A stretch of DNA of 64,000 nucleotides, taken from the NCBI GenBank assembly GCA_051294375.1, contig CM119266.1, positions 5,543,149-5,607,148 on the forward strand, read 5' to 3'. The notes beneath the pieces were generated by a model, which was not told the origin of the DNA, did no database searches, and was given only the letters and a program-made list of their open reading frames with translations. This document shows, piece after piece, positions 12,240 through 25,500 of the stretch (positions within the stretch are counted from its first letter, which is position 1; every line of letters begins with the position of its first letter). A program made the translations under genes and the position numbers. Origin of the DNA: Paraspadella gotoi (lineage: Eukaryota; Animalia; Chaetognatha).

Positions 12240-12595
12240 AGTCGAAACTCAATTTATGCTGAAGTTTATATATTATATTATATACAGAAAATAAAAAATC
12301 TAAAAGTATAAGCTAAGAAACTCGCAATCACATGATAAAAAATTTGGACTCATGCCAAGATTTAATGTTCCACAAAAAACAAATTTGATGCAGGAAAAAC
12401 TAAGGTTTATGCTTAAAAACGGACGGAGGACGGACGGACGGACGGACATCAATTATTTTGCAGAATTCTTCAAATTCGATATTCGAATATTATAAGTGAC
12501 TTTACCGACAAGATTGTATGGGCGGACCGACGGAACCGATTAAAGTTAATTATATGAGCCGAATCTGCAGTAAGCAAGATCGGTCCTAAAAATAA
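12240..12595 (+). mobile_element. Helentron/DINE-1-like (HINE) element
   Basis: (GGAC)n microsatellite, then a 3' hairpin (ggaatctgc-tgtaa-gcagatcc in the 24612 copy) and an A-tract. Copies at 24612-24915, 29060-29665 and 49717-50322 (-). Confidence 0.55.
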
Positions 12596-13424
12596 AAAAA
12601 AATCTTTTCCGTTTCAAGTATTTTGTTTATTTTATTTACAGCCATTTTGTTTTTTAAACTTTTCTGTTCATTGACTTAAAGAATGCTACAACCAATATAA
12701 AAATTATACATTCATTTGATAAATAAAGCTATCTTGCCCCTGACTTTGGACAGGCTTTGAAGGTTTTAGGCCTCCATCACTCTTACAAGATCAAACGTAG
12801 GCGGACTCCTTGCAAGCTTTCCATCAAGCCTTATTCCACGGTCGAGTTTTATTAACTCGCGACAGGTATTTAAGTGGTCTAAATGTTTCAAGAATGTTTT
12901 AATATAATATAAAAAGGAATTTCTCACTCTTTGTTTCCTTCCCTCTATCCCTATTTTTTCTCTCCTCCTCCTCCCTCCTCCTCTTGCCTTTCTCTTCTCC
13001 TCCCTCTCCGAAGGTTGAGAGGTGCTTTATGCGAAGGCATAAAAATATTTCATCCTTTTATCTTTTTCGCAATGAATTTATCTTTAAAGAGAAGCAATCC
13101 GTTCTCCTAGCCTTTGGCCAATCTCTCTCTCTCTCTCTCTCGTCTCTCTCTCTCTTCTCTCTCTCTATCTTCGTCATCATTCTCTCTCTCTTCTTCTTTT
13201 TTCAACAGCGATAGCGGATGTCAGAATATTTTTTTAGACAGGCTTCATCTTCGTTTTTTTTTTTTTTTTTTCCGTTTGACTTCGTCTCTCTTTGCAGAAT
13301 CCGATTTTTTGATTTCGTTCGACGAATTTGAATGCAGGATTGGCAGATTGTTAGAACAGGGTGTGTTTTTGTCAGAGTCGGAGTTATGCTGAGAGCTAAT
13401 TCGAGATGTTGTTCTTCGCGACCG

Positions 13425-13650
13425 GAATGAATCCGAATCGACGTTTCGCTGTCGGGGTCACGAGTTCGATCCCTGGTCGAAATCCCGGGCATCGGAACCC
13501 CGTCGGGCACTGAGGGGCTTTTTGATCGGGCAGAGGCAGGAAGCCGATCGGGCAGTACGAGCCGAAACGGGACGATAGAAAAAAAATTAGGGGGCGTGGC
13601 AAAGCGATGGAGCGAGGAAAGATCAAACTTGAAACTCATGACGAAATTAA

Positions 13651-13716
<66 letters not shown>

Positions 13717-15345
13717 AATGGAGATGATGACGACCGGTATATAACTTGATATATTGTTTATTGAAAATATAAACCGTAATCTATATTTCAAACGTTTTAG
13801 CTAAAAAAAAAATTATAAACTGAATTTTGTCATAAATTCGGGTCATTTTTGTGCGTGAGAAATGCGGAAAAAACATTTTACGATTAAGCAAAATATATAA
13901 ATGATATTTTAACAGAAAAATATTTCCCTTTCTCCCCTTTTATTTTTTTCTTCCCTTCCGCATCCTTTTATTTTTCTTCTTTTCCTTTTTTTTTCTTTCC
14001 CATTTCTTTCCTTTCCGCTTTCTTTACTTTGTCTCTTCCTTTCTCTTTTTCTCTTTCCCTTTTCTCATTTCAATTTATTTCCTTTCCTCTTTCTTTCCTT
14101 TTCTCTTTCCTTTCCTCTTTCTTTTCCTTTCTCTTTTTCTCTTTCCCTTTTTCTCTTTTCAATTTCTTTCCTTTCCTCCTTCTTTCCTTTCCTCCACACT
14201 CCTGCCTACCTAATTCCGTGTCGCTCATTCATGTCGTTTCATGTCGAATTACATTAAAACAAGCGTCAACCCTTTCGAGTTCCGCGTGGGGTCGTCGTCG
14301 TCGTCGTCTTCGTGATCGTCATCGTTCGTCGTCGTCGTCGTCATCGTCGTCGTCGCATCGATTTTTTAATGGGTCGAAAAAAAGCCATCTTTCATAAACG
14401 ATGCGAGGTCCCTTGAGTCAAAGTGAGTTTTAAAATTTGGGAGGGTGGGGGTAAATAGAAAATAGGTTTTTAGTTGCGCAGAGTGACTTTTCGGTCGGTC
14501 GGTCTGTCCCACTTACATTTCAAATGCATATAAATTATCTCTAATTTTCCCTAAATCGCTCTTTTGTTATCTTTGCTCGAAGCAAAATGACTGCTTGCGC
14601 TACCTTTGTTTTTAAAGAAATCTTGTACAAAAAATAAAAGACGGAATTCCGATGACTTGCGAATCTAAGACTCACTCACCCTGCCACGTCGTGACTTGTC
14701 ACGATAGTCACGTGATCAGCCAGAAATAAACGTGATAATAGAGACACTGCGGCGCAACGCGTTGGAATAACAGTTCTTGTTTTAATGGGGATCTTGAGTA
14801 TAAAACATACGGCGAGTTGAAAACGAGGCCAAAAAAAAAAAGATTTTTATCAATCGAAAAATGAGTGTGCGACTTTGTAGGGGGAGACTAGTGTGGGCAG
14901 TGTGCCATCGCGGTTGGGGGCCGTGGAGAGGTACATTTTGACGATAAGAGAATCAATAATCAGAGAAAACCAAGTATTTTTTTATTTTAATGATATAAAA
15001 ACTGATGATAAACACTCGTCTCGAATTAATAAATACGATTTAAGGAGATAAATATATATTGAAGTGAATCGCTAATCGTTCGACCAAAAGCGACATCTTG
15101 TTTTCCAAGCGAAATCTCAAAATTGCAAATCCAACGAGTATCAGACATTCTGCTCTCTCACTTTCACCTTATCCCTTTCCCAAAAAATCCCCCCCCCCAA
15201 AAAAAAAAGAATAAAGCGGCAGTGGACGTCAGAAACACGCGTTGCTATGGAGACCAACAACTCGTCGCTATGGAGACCGACATCGCTGCGACGACTTTCC
15301 ATCACCGGGGGTGCGACACCATGAGACCCGAAATCGAGCTCGTTT
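13425..15345 (+). repeat. Direct copy of about 1083-3050
   Basis: Starts at gaatgaatccgaatcgacg and ends in a (CT)n tract. Together with 15730-17690 it forms a foldback. Confidence 0.95.
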
Positions 15346-15349
<4 letters not shown>

Positions 15350-15389
<40 letters not shown>

Positions 15390-15509
15390 GCTACTTTCTT
15401 TTCCTCTTTTATCTTTTTTATTTCCCTTTTTTTTCGCTGCCCAAAAAAGGATTTAGGTTCGCGTTTTTGTCTCGGACGCCCGGAAACCGGAAAGAGAGAG
15501 AGAGAGGAG

Positions 15510-15559
<50 letters not shown>

Positions 15560-17403
15560 CAGAGAGAGGAGACAGGAAGAGAGAGAGAGAGAGAGAGAGA
15601 GAGACACGGCCCAAAACCGGAAATTGACGCAAAATGGAGATTTTAACCGCGATTGATGTCGAGGAATTGGTGAACAGAGACGAGAGAAAGAAGAGAGAGA
15701 GAGGGAGAGAGAGAGAGAGAGGAGAAAGAGAGAATTGTTAAAACGAAGCTCGATTTCGGGTCTCATGGGTCGCACCCCCCGGTGATGGAAAGTCGTCGCA
15801 GCGATGTCCGGTCTCCAGAGCGACGAGTTGTTCGGTCTCCATAGCAGACGCGTGTTCTGCCGTCCACTTGCCGCTTTATTCTTTTTTTTTGGGCGGGGGG
15901 GGGATTTTTTGGGAAAGAGGATAAGTGGAAAGTGAGAGAGCAGAATTGTCTGATACTCGTTGGATTGCAATTTTGAGATTTCGCGTGAAACAAGAGTCGA
16001 CTTTTGTCTCGAACGATTAGCAGATTCACTTCAATATTATTTATCTCCTTAAATCGTATTATTAATTCGAAGACAGTGTTTCATCAGTTTTTATATCATT
16101 AAAATAAAAATTGACTTGGTTTCTCTGATTATTGATTCTCTTATCGTCAAAAGTGTACCTCTCCACGGCCCCCAACGCGGACTGGCCACACTGGCCCACA
16201 TAGTCTTCTCCCCCTACAAAGTACGCACACTCATTTTTCGATTGATAAAAATCTTTTTTTTGTTTTGTGGCTCGTTTTCAAAACTCGCCGTATGTTTTAT
16301 ACTCAAGATCCCCATTAAAACAAAGAACTGTTATTCCAAAATCGCGTTGCGCCGCAGTGTCTCTCTTATCACGTTATTTCTGGGTGATCACGTGAGTATT
16401 CTGACAAGTCACGACGTGCAGGGCGTGATATGAGTCTGTAAGATTCGCAAGTCATCGGAATTCCGTCTTTTATTTTTTGTTACAAGATTTCTTTTAAAAA
16501 CAAAGGGTAGCGGCAAGCAGTGGCATTTTCTTCGAGCAAAGATAACAAAAGAGCGATTTAGATAATTTAGAGATAATTTATAAGCGATTGAAATGTAAGT
16601 GGGACAGAACCGACCGACCCGAAAGTCACTCTGCCGCAACTAAAAACCTATTTTCTATCTACCCCCCACCCTCCCAAATTTTAAAACTCACTTTGACTCA
16701 AGGGACCTCCGCATCGGTTTATGAAAGATGGCTTTTTTTTCGACCATTAAAAATCGATTGCGACGACGACGATGACGACGACGAACGATGACATAACGAC
16801 GACGACAATGACGACGGCGACGACGGCGACCCCACGCGGAATCGAAAGGGTTGACGCTTGTTGTTAATGTAATTCGACATGAAAACACATGAATGAGCGA
16901 CACGATTAGGGAGGCAGGAGAGTGGAGGAAAGGAATGAATTGAAAAAAAGAAAAAGGAAAGAGAAATAAGAGAAGGAAAAAGAAGAGAAGGAAAGAGAAA
17001 GGAAAGAAAGAGGAAAGGAAATTAAATTGAAAGAGAAAAGGGAAAGAAAAAAAGAAAGAAGAGAGAAAGTAAAGAAGGCGGAAAGGAAAGAAATGGCGAA
17101 AGAAAAAAAAGGAACAAGAAGAAAAATAAAAGGATGCGGAAGGGCAAGAAAAAATAAAAGGGGAAGAAAGGGAAATATATTTCTGTTAAAAATATATTTA
17201 TATATTTTGCTTAATCGTTAAAATTTTTTTTCCGCATTTCTCACGCACAAAAATGACCCGAAATTTATGGCAAAATTCCGTTTATAATTTTTAGCTTAAA
17301 ACGTTTGAAATATAGATTACGGTTATATTAAAACAAATATATCAAGTTATATACCGAAATTGGATAGTTGAAAATTAGTGTCGTCATAATCGCCATTTCA
17401 TCA

Positions 17404-17469
<66 letters not shown>

Positions 17470-17717
17470 TTAATTTTCATGAGTATCAAGTTTGAATTCT
17501 TTCCTCGCTCCATCGCTTTGCCACGCCCCCTAATTTTTTCTATCGTCCCGTTTCGGCTCGTTCTGCCCATCGGCTTCCTGCCAATGCCCGATCAAAAAGC
17601 CCTCAGTGCCCACGGGGTTTTCCGATGCCGGGATTTCGACCAGGGATCGAACTCGTGACCCCGACGCGAACGTCGATTCGGATTCATTCGGGCGCTTTGA
17701 TTCTGTCGCCTGGAAAT

Positions 17718-17757
<40 letters not shown>

Positions 17758-18690
17758 AGAGAGAGAAAGTGAGAGAGAGAGAAGAAGAGATAGAGGAGGA
17801 ATGGTGTAATGTACCGCCCAGCGATTTGTTATGTAAAGCCAGGGGACATTGATAATCAGATCAATTTATTAAATCCCTTTGTTGAAGTCAATTTGTTCAT
17901 GTTGTACTTGGACTGTTTGTTAAATACCATGATAAGTGTGACTAAACTATCACCATCACTGATAGTGGTAGTTGCTATAACATCACTGGATAGTATAGAG
18001 TGGTGATGGCCAAAGACGGGAATAGAATTCGGCTTCTAGCAATTAATCGTCTCACCTTTTTTGGTGGAAGAATAATTTCATATTTTTCTTTTTGACAGAC
18101 TGACTTTCGATTAATTTTTTCACAGACTGACCCGTTCATTTTTTTGACAGGCTTTTCTAGTTTTTTAACTGCTGTTTTTTTATAATTACTGTGTAAATAA
18201 TAAATAAAACCAAAAATAAAAAAGGGTGAAGGTATTTAATTATACAATGAATGAAAGTAATTTGTAATAAAATATTTTCAAATCTTAAACTGTAAAATAG
18301 AGAAAGTAGTTATTTTTACAAATTTTTCATAACAGCCAAATTTGAGAGAGAAAAAGATATAAAACCACGGTTTTGTATTTTGTATTTTGTTTTTTGTAAT
18401 CAATTACCGTTAATATGTTTTCAAAAAACAAAACAAATTAAAATACGACATAGTGCAACGAAGTAAGTAAAGTTTTGATGTGAAATATGTCAATGTGTGG
18501 ACTAATGTTTAAGTTCTCACAATACATTTACAAATGTTAAAAAAAAGAGTGCAAAGCTTTGGAACGATTCGTATGTTAATGTATTGAATCGTACATATAT
18601 TGTTTATGGTCTATTTTCTATAGCATTAAAAATTGCTTGTCCAGATAAGAAAGTTTCGAAAGGAAAATAAATCATATTAAAACGTTTTTG
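15350..18690 (-). repeat. Inverted copy of 1-3433
   Basis: Reverse-complement match along the whole length. The 15350-15790 part is essentially identical (ORFs 3137..3691 - and 15242..15646 + share sequence); the rest differs by scattered indels. Confidence 0.95.
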
Positions 18691-19294
18691 TTTTATTGAT
18701 GGAATAAATTGGTTAGGGCAGAGTTCACTCGGTCATGGAGTATTGCCGACAAAAAAATAATGAAAAGTAAAAACACCCTTTACTCTTATTTGCATATTGT
18801 AGTACGTAGTTTTACAATATTTTATTATCCTTCTACAAATGTTTGTTTGTCAAAAAAAATTAAAAAAACTGTTCTAAACGAATTTAACATTTGGTCAACT
18901 GTATAAATCTATATAAATATCCTTATTCATTACATCCTCAGTGGAACGATGCGAAAGAAGTTTCAAAGTTAAAAGATTTATTAAACAATCGCATCTGACT
19001 TCTTCCTCCACCTAGAACCAAAAGACCACTAAATTTGAACGATTCCTACGCTTAAACGTATGGTCTATGTATTGAGTCCCGAAGTGGAATAAATAATTTA
19101 CTCTATTTCATATTTTCAGGAGCTATTTATGACCCTCTTCAAAATTATTTTTGAAAAGAATATAGAAACAAAACAGATCTGTCCTCTCTCTCTCTCTCTC
19201 TTCCCTTCTCTCTATCTCTGCTCGCCTCTCTCTCATTTTCTAATCTTTAACCCTTTATCCAATTTTAATCGATTCCAAAACATCGACGTCACAG

Positions 19295-19439
19295 AATCGC
19301 AGTTGTCCCAGATTCAGTTATTGCGTCTATACGTACAGGTTTTTTAATTGTTATTTTCGTTACCGGATTTTGGCTCAACGTTCGTTCGAATTTTTGGGGA
19401 GAGACCTTTGATGTGGAAAACGACAATGAGATTCACGCG
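19295..19439 (+). CDS. Candidate internal exon with a hydrophobic segment, unknown gene
   Basis: cacag|...|gtgggt, 145 bp; open frame IAVVPDSVIASIRTGFLIVIFVTGFWLNVRSNFWGETFDVENDNEIHA. Confidence 0.35.
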
Positions 19440-19440
19440 G

Positions 19441-19510
19441 TGGGTGATGATGATGATGATGATGATAATGATGATGTGGTGATGATGATTATTTATGATA
19501 AAAAAAAAAA

Positions 19511-19541
<31 letters not shown>

Positions 19542-19980
19542 TTGATATGATGATGATGATAATGATGGTTGATAATGATGATGATGATGATAATGATATA
19601 TGATGATATGATAATGATGATGTGATGATGTTGATAAATGATGATGATGATATGATGATGTTTGATAATGATGATGGTGATAATGATGATGATGATGATT
19701 ATGATAATGATGATTGCATGATGATATATGTGATAATGATGATGATGAATAATGATGTAATGCATGATGATGATTTATAATGATATGATGATAATGATGA
19801 TATGATGGATGATGATTGATTATATGATGATGATGCATGATGTTGATTAATGATGATTGATGATAATGATGATGATGTGATGACTGATCTATGATATATG
19901 ATAATGATTATTTTGATGATTGATGATAATGATGATGATTAAGTGGATGATTATGGATAATGATGATTATGATGATGACG
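19441..19980. repeat. Degenerate (GAT)n microsatellite, about 540 bp
   Basis: Direct observation; source of the poly-His and poly-Ile ORFs. Confidence 0.95.
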
Positions 19981-20643
19981 AGTATCTCTCGTCTNNNNNN
20001 NNNNNNNNNNNNNNNNNNNAGAGAGAGAGAGAGAGCGAGAGAGAGATAGAGAGAGAGAAAGAGAGATAAAGAGAGAGAAAGGGAGAATGAGAAACGAAAC
20101 TAGTTTTTTATTTAAAACATAATTAAATAAGAGAGGACCCTTATAAATTTTAGTATTTGGTATTAAGCATAATAAAAATGGAATAATAAACTTCATACAA
20201 CCTTCCTTGAAAGTTTTATTTCCCTTTCATTTAATTGTTACCAAAAGAAACAAAATAATTTAAATAATTTTTTGAAAAAATGAGCAAAATCACCAAATGG
20301 ACAAATGAGTTGATTTGATCCTTTAGAATTGATTCATCCAAAAATATTTTTTCATTTAATGAATCTACTTTCAATCTCACAGAATTCTTGGTTTCCCTAC
20401 AATTAAAGAGATAGATATGATATTTTTTCAAACACTTTAACTTCGAGAAATACTTTATTGTACTTCGCACTAGCGCCTAACTACGTCTGTTATGAAAATA
20501 AAACGTCAATTTTAAACTATTGATTAGTTTTCCGTTTCCACAATATGTTTAATCTTTTCTTATAAATTTAGACTTAGAAATACTTGTATGTTTAATGTTT
20601 ATATTAGTCAATCACCCGTTTAATCACAGGATTATTTTTCATC

Positions 20644-20702
<59 letters not shown>

Positions 20703-20886
20703 GCTCTGAAGAAGGTTTAAAGCTGAAACATGACCATTGAAAAAGATTTAAAACAAGTTTGAGCAAACGATCTGAAGTGGTAATTAATTAATTACTTAAT
20801 TATTTATTTTATTAATCAGTTCCGGCATTTTTAGGTCTTTCCATCACTGACAAAAGCAACGATAACGTCGACGATGATGGCGACGA

Positions 20887-20938
<52 letters not shown>

Positions 20939-21119
20939 CGTTTATTTATTTTTTTTTTTATTTATTTATTTTTTTTATTTGTTATTATTTTTTTTTGTTT
21001 GCTTGATTGATTAATCAATAAAATAATTAATTGATTAATAAATGCAGCTCGAATTTACATTTAATATAATAAAAACCATAATTAATTAGTGAAAGATTTT
21101 TTTCATTTAATCTCAATTC

Positions 21120-21870
21120 CACTCGGACGATTCCATCGAAACTTGATTTCCAGCTCAATAACATATTCTGCTACTTAAATACAAAATTTCAAATCAATCG
21201 CTTGAACCATTCAACAGTAAGGCGTAGTGAAAGTTACATACGAAAATTCTAAATGTCAATTATGAACAACATACCATCAGTGAACATTAATTTGTAAAAA
21301 AAAATAATTTTATGTTTTTTAATTTTTGCAGTAAGCTATATTTATATATAGTACTATCCTTATAAAATTGAAAAATTTCAAAATAGGCTTTTCTTAATTT
21401 TGATTGCAGATTTGAATTCCTCGTCAAAAGTTGATAAAAGAAAATATAAATTATTTTTTAAAATTCTTTCATTAAGTGGGTTAAAAATTACAAAAACTAT
21501 ATTTAATATATAAAAAGTTAATTTTCAGCTTAAAATATAGCTTTTTTTAATTTTTGACCCACTTAATGAATGAATTTTTTAAAAAGAGTTATATTTCTTT
21601 TTATCAACTTTTTATGACGAATCCAAATCTGCAAAAAAATCTTAGAAAAAACTGTTTTGAAATTTTAACATTTATTGGATTAGTACTAGTATAAATATGG
21701 CCTACTGCGTAAATTGTAAAATTTATTATAAATTTTTTTTATACATAAATGTTCATTAGTATAATGTTGTTCGTTCCTCACTTTTAGAATTTTAATTAAA
21801 GTTAAATTTAGAAATTTTACTACACCTTATTCAACAGTAATTGAGGTTCAAAGCTCAGTGGGAGCAGACG

Positions 21871-21913
<43 letters not shown>

Positions 21914-22045
21914 GGAAGGACATCGATTATTTTTTTGCATAATTTTTTATAATTCGGTATTCTGAGATGATAAAATGACTTATCGACAAGATTGTGTGGC
22001 GGGACCGACGGACCGACAAAGTGAATTATTTATTATTTAATATAT
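21120..22045 (+). mobile_element. Second copy of the foldback Helentron/DINE-1-like element
   Basis: Direct homolog of 4880-5790 within the duplicated block; (CAGA)n at about 21867-21915. Confidence 0.55.
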
Positions 22046-22366
22046 AAAAATTTTAAAAAAACCTTTTCGTTCCATTTATCTGTTTATTTATCTTTACGCC
22101 ATTTGCTTTTAAACTTTTCTATTTAGTTACTTATACCAAAAACTAATCAATCAATGATTTTTAGTATTTTATATCAAATTACATTACGTTCTCAAACATT
22201 TGCAGCAATTGAAGATAAAATTCGAGCAAGTAACCTCTCACAAAAAAGAGCTTGGAAACGGAACAGATGGTCCCAGATATGAGTGATTCGGAGAATAATA
22301 TTTTTTTTAATCGCATTTTCTTTTTGGTTCTTTTTTGGTTCCACGTAAATTAAACTTCAGCTGAAA

Positions 22367-23913
22367 ATGAATTTTTTTGTCCTAATTTTCTCCGTTTTAC
22401 TTTTCAAAGTAAATGGGAGCACGTTGGAAGAATTAGAAAGAAAAGACGTGAGTTAACTTCGAACTTTGATAAAGTAAAACGGGGCGGGTGTGGGATAATT
22501 CATCAACGTTTTATAGAAGCAAGTTAGGTGTCGGCGGATAAATTTTTAAACTAAATTTTTAAACTAACGACTAACCAGCCAATAGTCTAACATTAAAGTA
22601 AACAACAGGAAAATAAATTCAAACTTAATCGAAACAGGAAGCAACGGCTTTTTCTATCGCGCATACAAACAAATGGGTGGACGATATGCTGAAGAGTGGA
22701 ATGGACGAGTTGAGAAACACTGTGGGGCCGATTGTGCTTCCTCCGCAAACGATCGATTTCGACGTGAAGATTCTTTGGGAAAATGTCAAAGGGGGAGTCA
22801 ACCTGACGGAAGGAAAAATCACCAACGTTTTTAAAATTCACAGGTTAATCTTGTCTCAATCTAATGTGAAAAAATGATCAAAAAGCGGAATATCAATAAT
22901 AATCTTTTTCATTAAAGAATCGACGATGCCGATATCCGTTATGTTAACCAGCAAGTTTTTGTCAATCTTAAGCTTGGAGTAGAGGACATCCGGGGTAAGT
23001 CCAAGAGGTAGAGGATGATGTGAATTTCTTACATCCGGGTTCAAGTTTCAAAAGGTAGGGGATAATGGGATGTTCATTAAAATGACCTGATCGGAAAATC
23101 CCATACGCTTTTAACAAAAATTTTAAATGGGCCCTATATATGCGATTTTATTCGAATACAACGAGGTTGATTCAGTACAATCATCATCAACAAACAAACA
23201 AACAAAGACAGACTAAGTCTAAGCAAAAAAAAAAAAAATCATAAAATAGAGAGAAAAAAACAGTTAATTAAATAAAATTAATTAATTAAAATTTAAACAA
23301 TTAAAAATTGTTCTTATGTTGTAAAAAATGGAACAAGTTTCTGAAGAACAGTATTCTTCATTGTATATATCTTTGAGATAAAGGTTTTCTTACGATTATT
23401 AAAAATTGTAGATAGGTCGTGGTATCCAAACATACTCCTATGACTATGTCAATTGAAATTCTTTTAATTTTTTTTAATTTCAGTTTAAAATGTAAAAATA
23501 AAAGCGATCTCAGGAAAGGTCGCTATTTATATAGTATTTTCATTCTAAATATTAGAGGAAATATTTTTTTAAAGTTTTTGAATATATTTTTTTCTCTTCA
23601 GGATCTTACCACATAAGCTTCAAATTTGGCCACTTGCACGATGCTGGAACCGTGACGGTATCCGTGGATACGGTCCAACTGGCAATAGAAGTAAAGTATA
23701 GTATTTAGTAAACTTAAAATACATATATAATTATCCCAAATGAAATTTAATTCCGATAAGGCGGCGCAATTCTTTTCGCCCACGACGGGCGACAACAACG
23801 TTCTCAATCTCGACCTCAGTCTTCACCTCAAAATTTATTTGGGCAAAATCGGGATTTCGGTGAATCTCGGTGGGTCAGCCGCGAGTCTCTTTTCCGATGA
23901 GATGGCACAAAAG
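22367..23913 (+). CDS. Secreted group 7 allergen (Der p 7)-like / TULIP-superfamily lipid-binding protein, exons 1-5 (3' exon probably in the 24060-24611 gap)
   Basis: Exons 22367-22408, 22638-22843, 22918-22994, 23602-23690, 23761-23913 are all GT-AG with matching phases (0,2,1,0,0). They give 189 aa with no stop: MNFFVLIFSVLLFKEATAFSIAHTNKWVDDMLKSGMDELRNTVGPIVLPPQTIDFDVKILWENVKGGVNLTEGKITNVFKIHRIDDADIRYVNQQVFVNLKLGVEDIRGSYHISFKFGHLHDAGTVTVSVDTVQLAIEAAQFF...LFSDEMAQK. The N-terminus is hydrophobic and signal-like. Motif order resembles Der p 7 as I recall it (e.g. YHISFKFGHLH vs YDLAYKLGDLH; HRIDDADI vs KRVGDANV). No database search was run. Confidence 0.8.
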
Positions 23914-25462
23914 GTGAGATGAGATGGGAGGTGAGCGAATCATGGGAGAGATGAGATGGGAAGATAGATAGGGCTGAGGATAAGGCGTTAATTAGGCTGA
24001 AGAGTGCTCTCCGCAACTACTTTAACCCCCTCTTGCAGCCATGGAACGGGTCCTGGGCTNNNNNNNNNNNNNNNNNNNNNNNNNNNNNNNNNNNNNNNNN
24101 NNNNNNNNNNNNNNNNNNNNNNNNNNNNNNNNNNNNNNNNNNNNNNNNNNNNNNNNNNNNNNNNNNNNNNNNNNNNNNNNNNNNNNNNNNNNNNNNNNNN
24201 NNNNNNNNNNNNNNNNNNNNNNNNNNNNNNNNNNNNNNNNNNNNNNNNNNNNNNNNNNNNNNNNNNNNNNNNNNNNNNNNNNNNNNNNNNNNNNNNNNNN
24301 NNNNNNNNNNNNNNNNNNNNNNNNNNNNNNNNNNNNNNNNNNNNNNNNNNNNNNNNNNNNNNNNNNNNNNNNNNNNNNNNNNNNNNNNNNNNNNNNNNNN
24401 NNNNNNNNNNNNNNNNNNNNNNNNNNNNNNNNNNNNNNNNNNNNNNNNNNNNNNNNNNNNNNNNNNNNNNNNNNNNNNNNNNNNNNNNNNNNNNNNNNNN
24501 NNNNNNNNNNNNNNNNNNNNNNNNNNNNNNNNNNNNNNNNNNNNNNNNNNNNNNNNNNNNNNNNNNNNNNNNNNNNNNNNNNNNNNNNNNNNNNNNNNNN
24601 NNNNNNNNNNNAAGTCGAAACTCAATTTATGCTGAAGTTTACATATATAACAGAAATAAAAATCTTAAAAGCATAAGCTAAGGAACGTCGCAATCACATG
24701 ATAAAAATTTGGACCCATGACACGATTTAATATTCCACAAAAATCAAATTTGCTTCAGGAAAACTAAGGTTTAAGCTTAAAAACGCAGAATTCTTCATAA
24801 TTCGATATTCGATATTATAAGTGACTTACCGACAAGATTGTATGGGCAGACCGACGGACCGATAAAGTTAATTATGGAGCCGGAATCTGCTGTAAGCAGA
24901 TCCGTCTAAAAATTTTTTAAAAAAATTTTTCGTTCCAAGTATTTGTTTATTTTATTTACGCCATTTGTTTTTAAACTTTTCTGTTCAGTGACTTATACCA
25001 AAAAACAAATCAATAATTTATTCCGCTCAAAACTATAAAAATGGTACAACCAATATAAAAATTATCCATTCATTTGATAAATAAGCTATCTTGCCCCTGA
25101 CTTTGGACAGGCTTTGAAGGTTTTAGGCCTCCATCACTCTTACAAGATCAAAACGTAGCGGACTCCTGCAAGCTTTCAATCAAGACTTATTCTCAGTCGA
25201 GTTTATTAAATCGCACAGTATTTAAGTGGTCTAATGTTTCAAAGAATGTTTTAATTATATAAAAGGAATTCTCATCTTTGTTTCCTTCCCTCTATCCTTA
25301 TTTTTTCTCTCCTCCTCCTCCTCCACCTTTTCCCCTCCTCTTCCTCCTCCCCTCCTCAGCGTTGAGAGGTGATTTACTGCGAAGGCATAAAAATATTTCA
25401 TCCTTTCATCTTTTCTCGCAATGAATTTATCTTTAAAGAGGAGCAATCTTCTCCCACTAGCT

Positions 25463-25500
<38 letters not shown>

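Larger units (their letters stand above)
20020..25500 (+). repeat. Direct copy (alternate haplotype or paralog) of about 3460-13140, lacking the inserts
   Basis: Colinear homology. It lacks about 4085-4430, 7032-7441 and 7619-10973. Confidence 0.95.

Noticed and set aside
13205-13420. Alternative last exon or Cys-rich exon (homolog at 30375-30605)
   Set aside because: The two copies disagree too much to fix a frame, and 11953-12227 fits the gene end better.
19344-19838. Histidine-rich protein
   Set aside because: Degenerate (ATC)n microsatellite.
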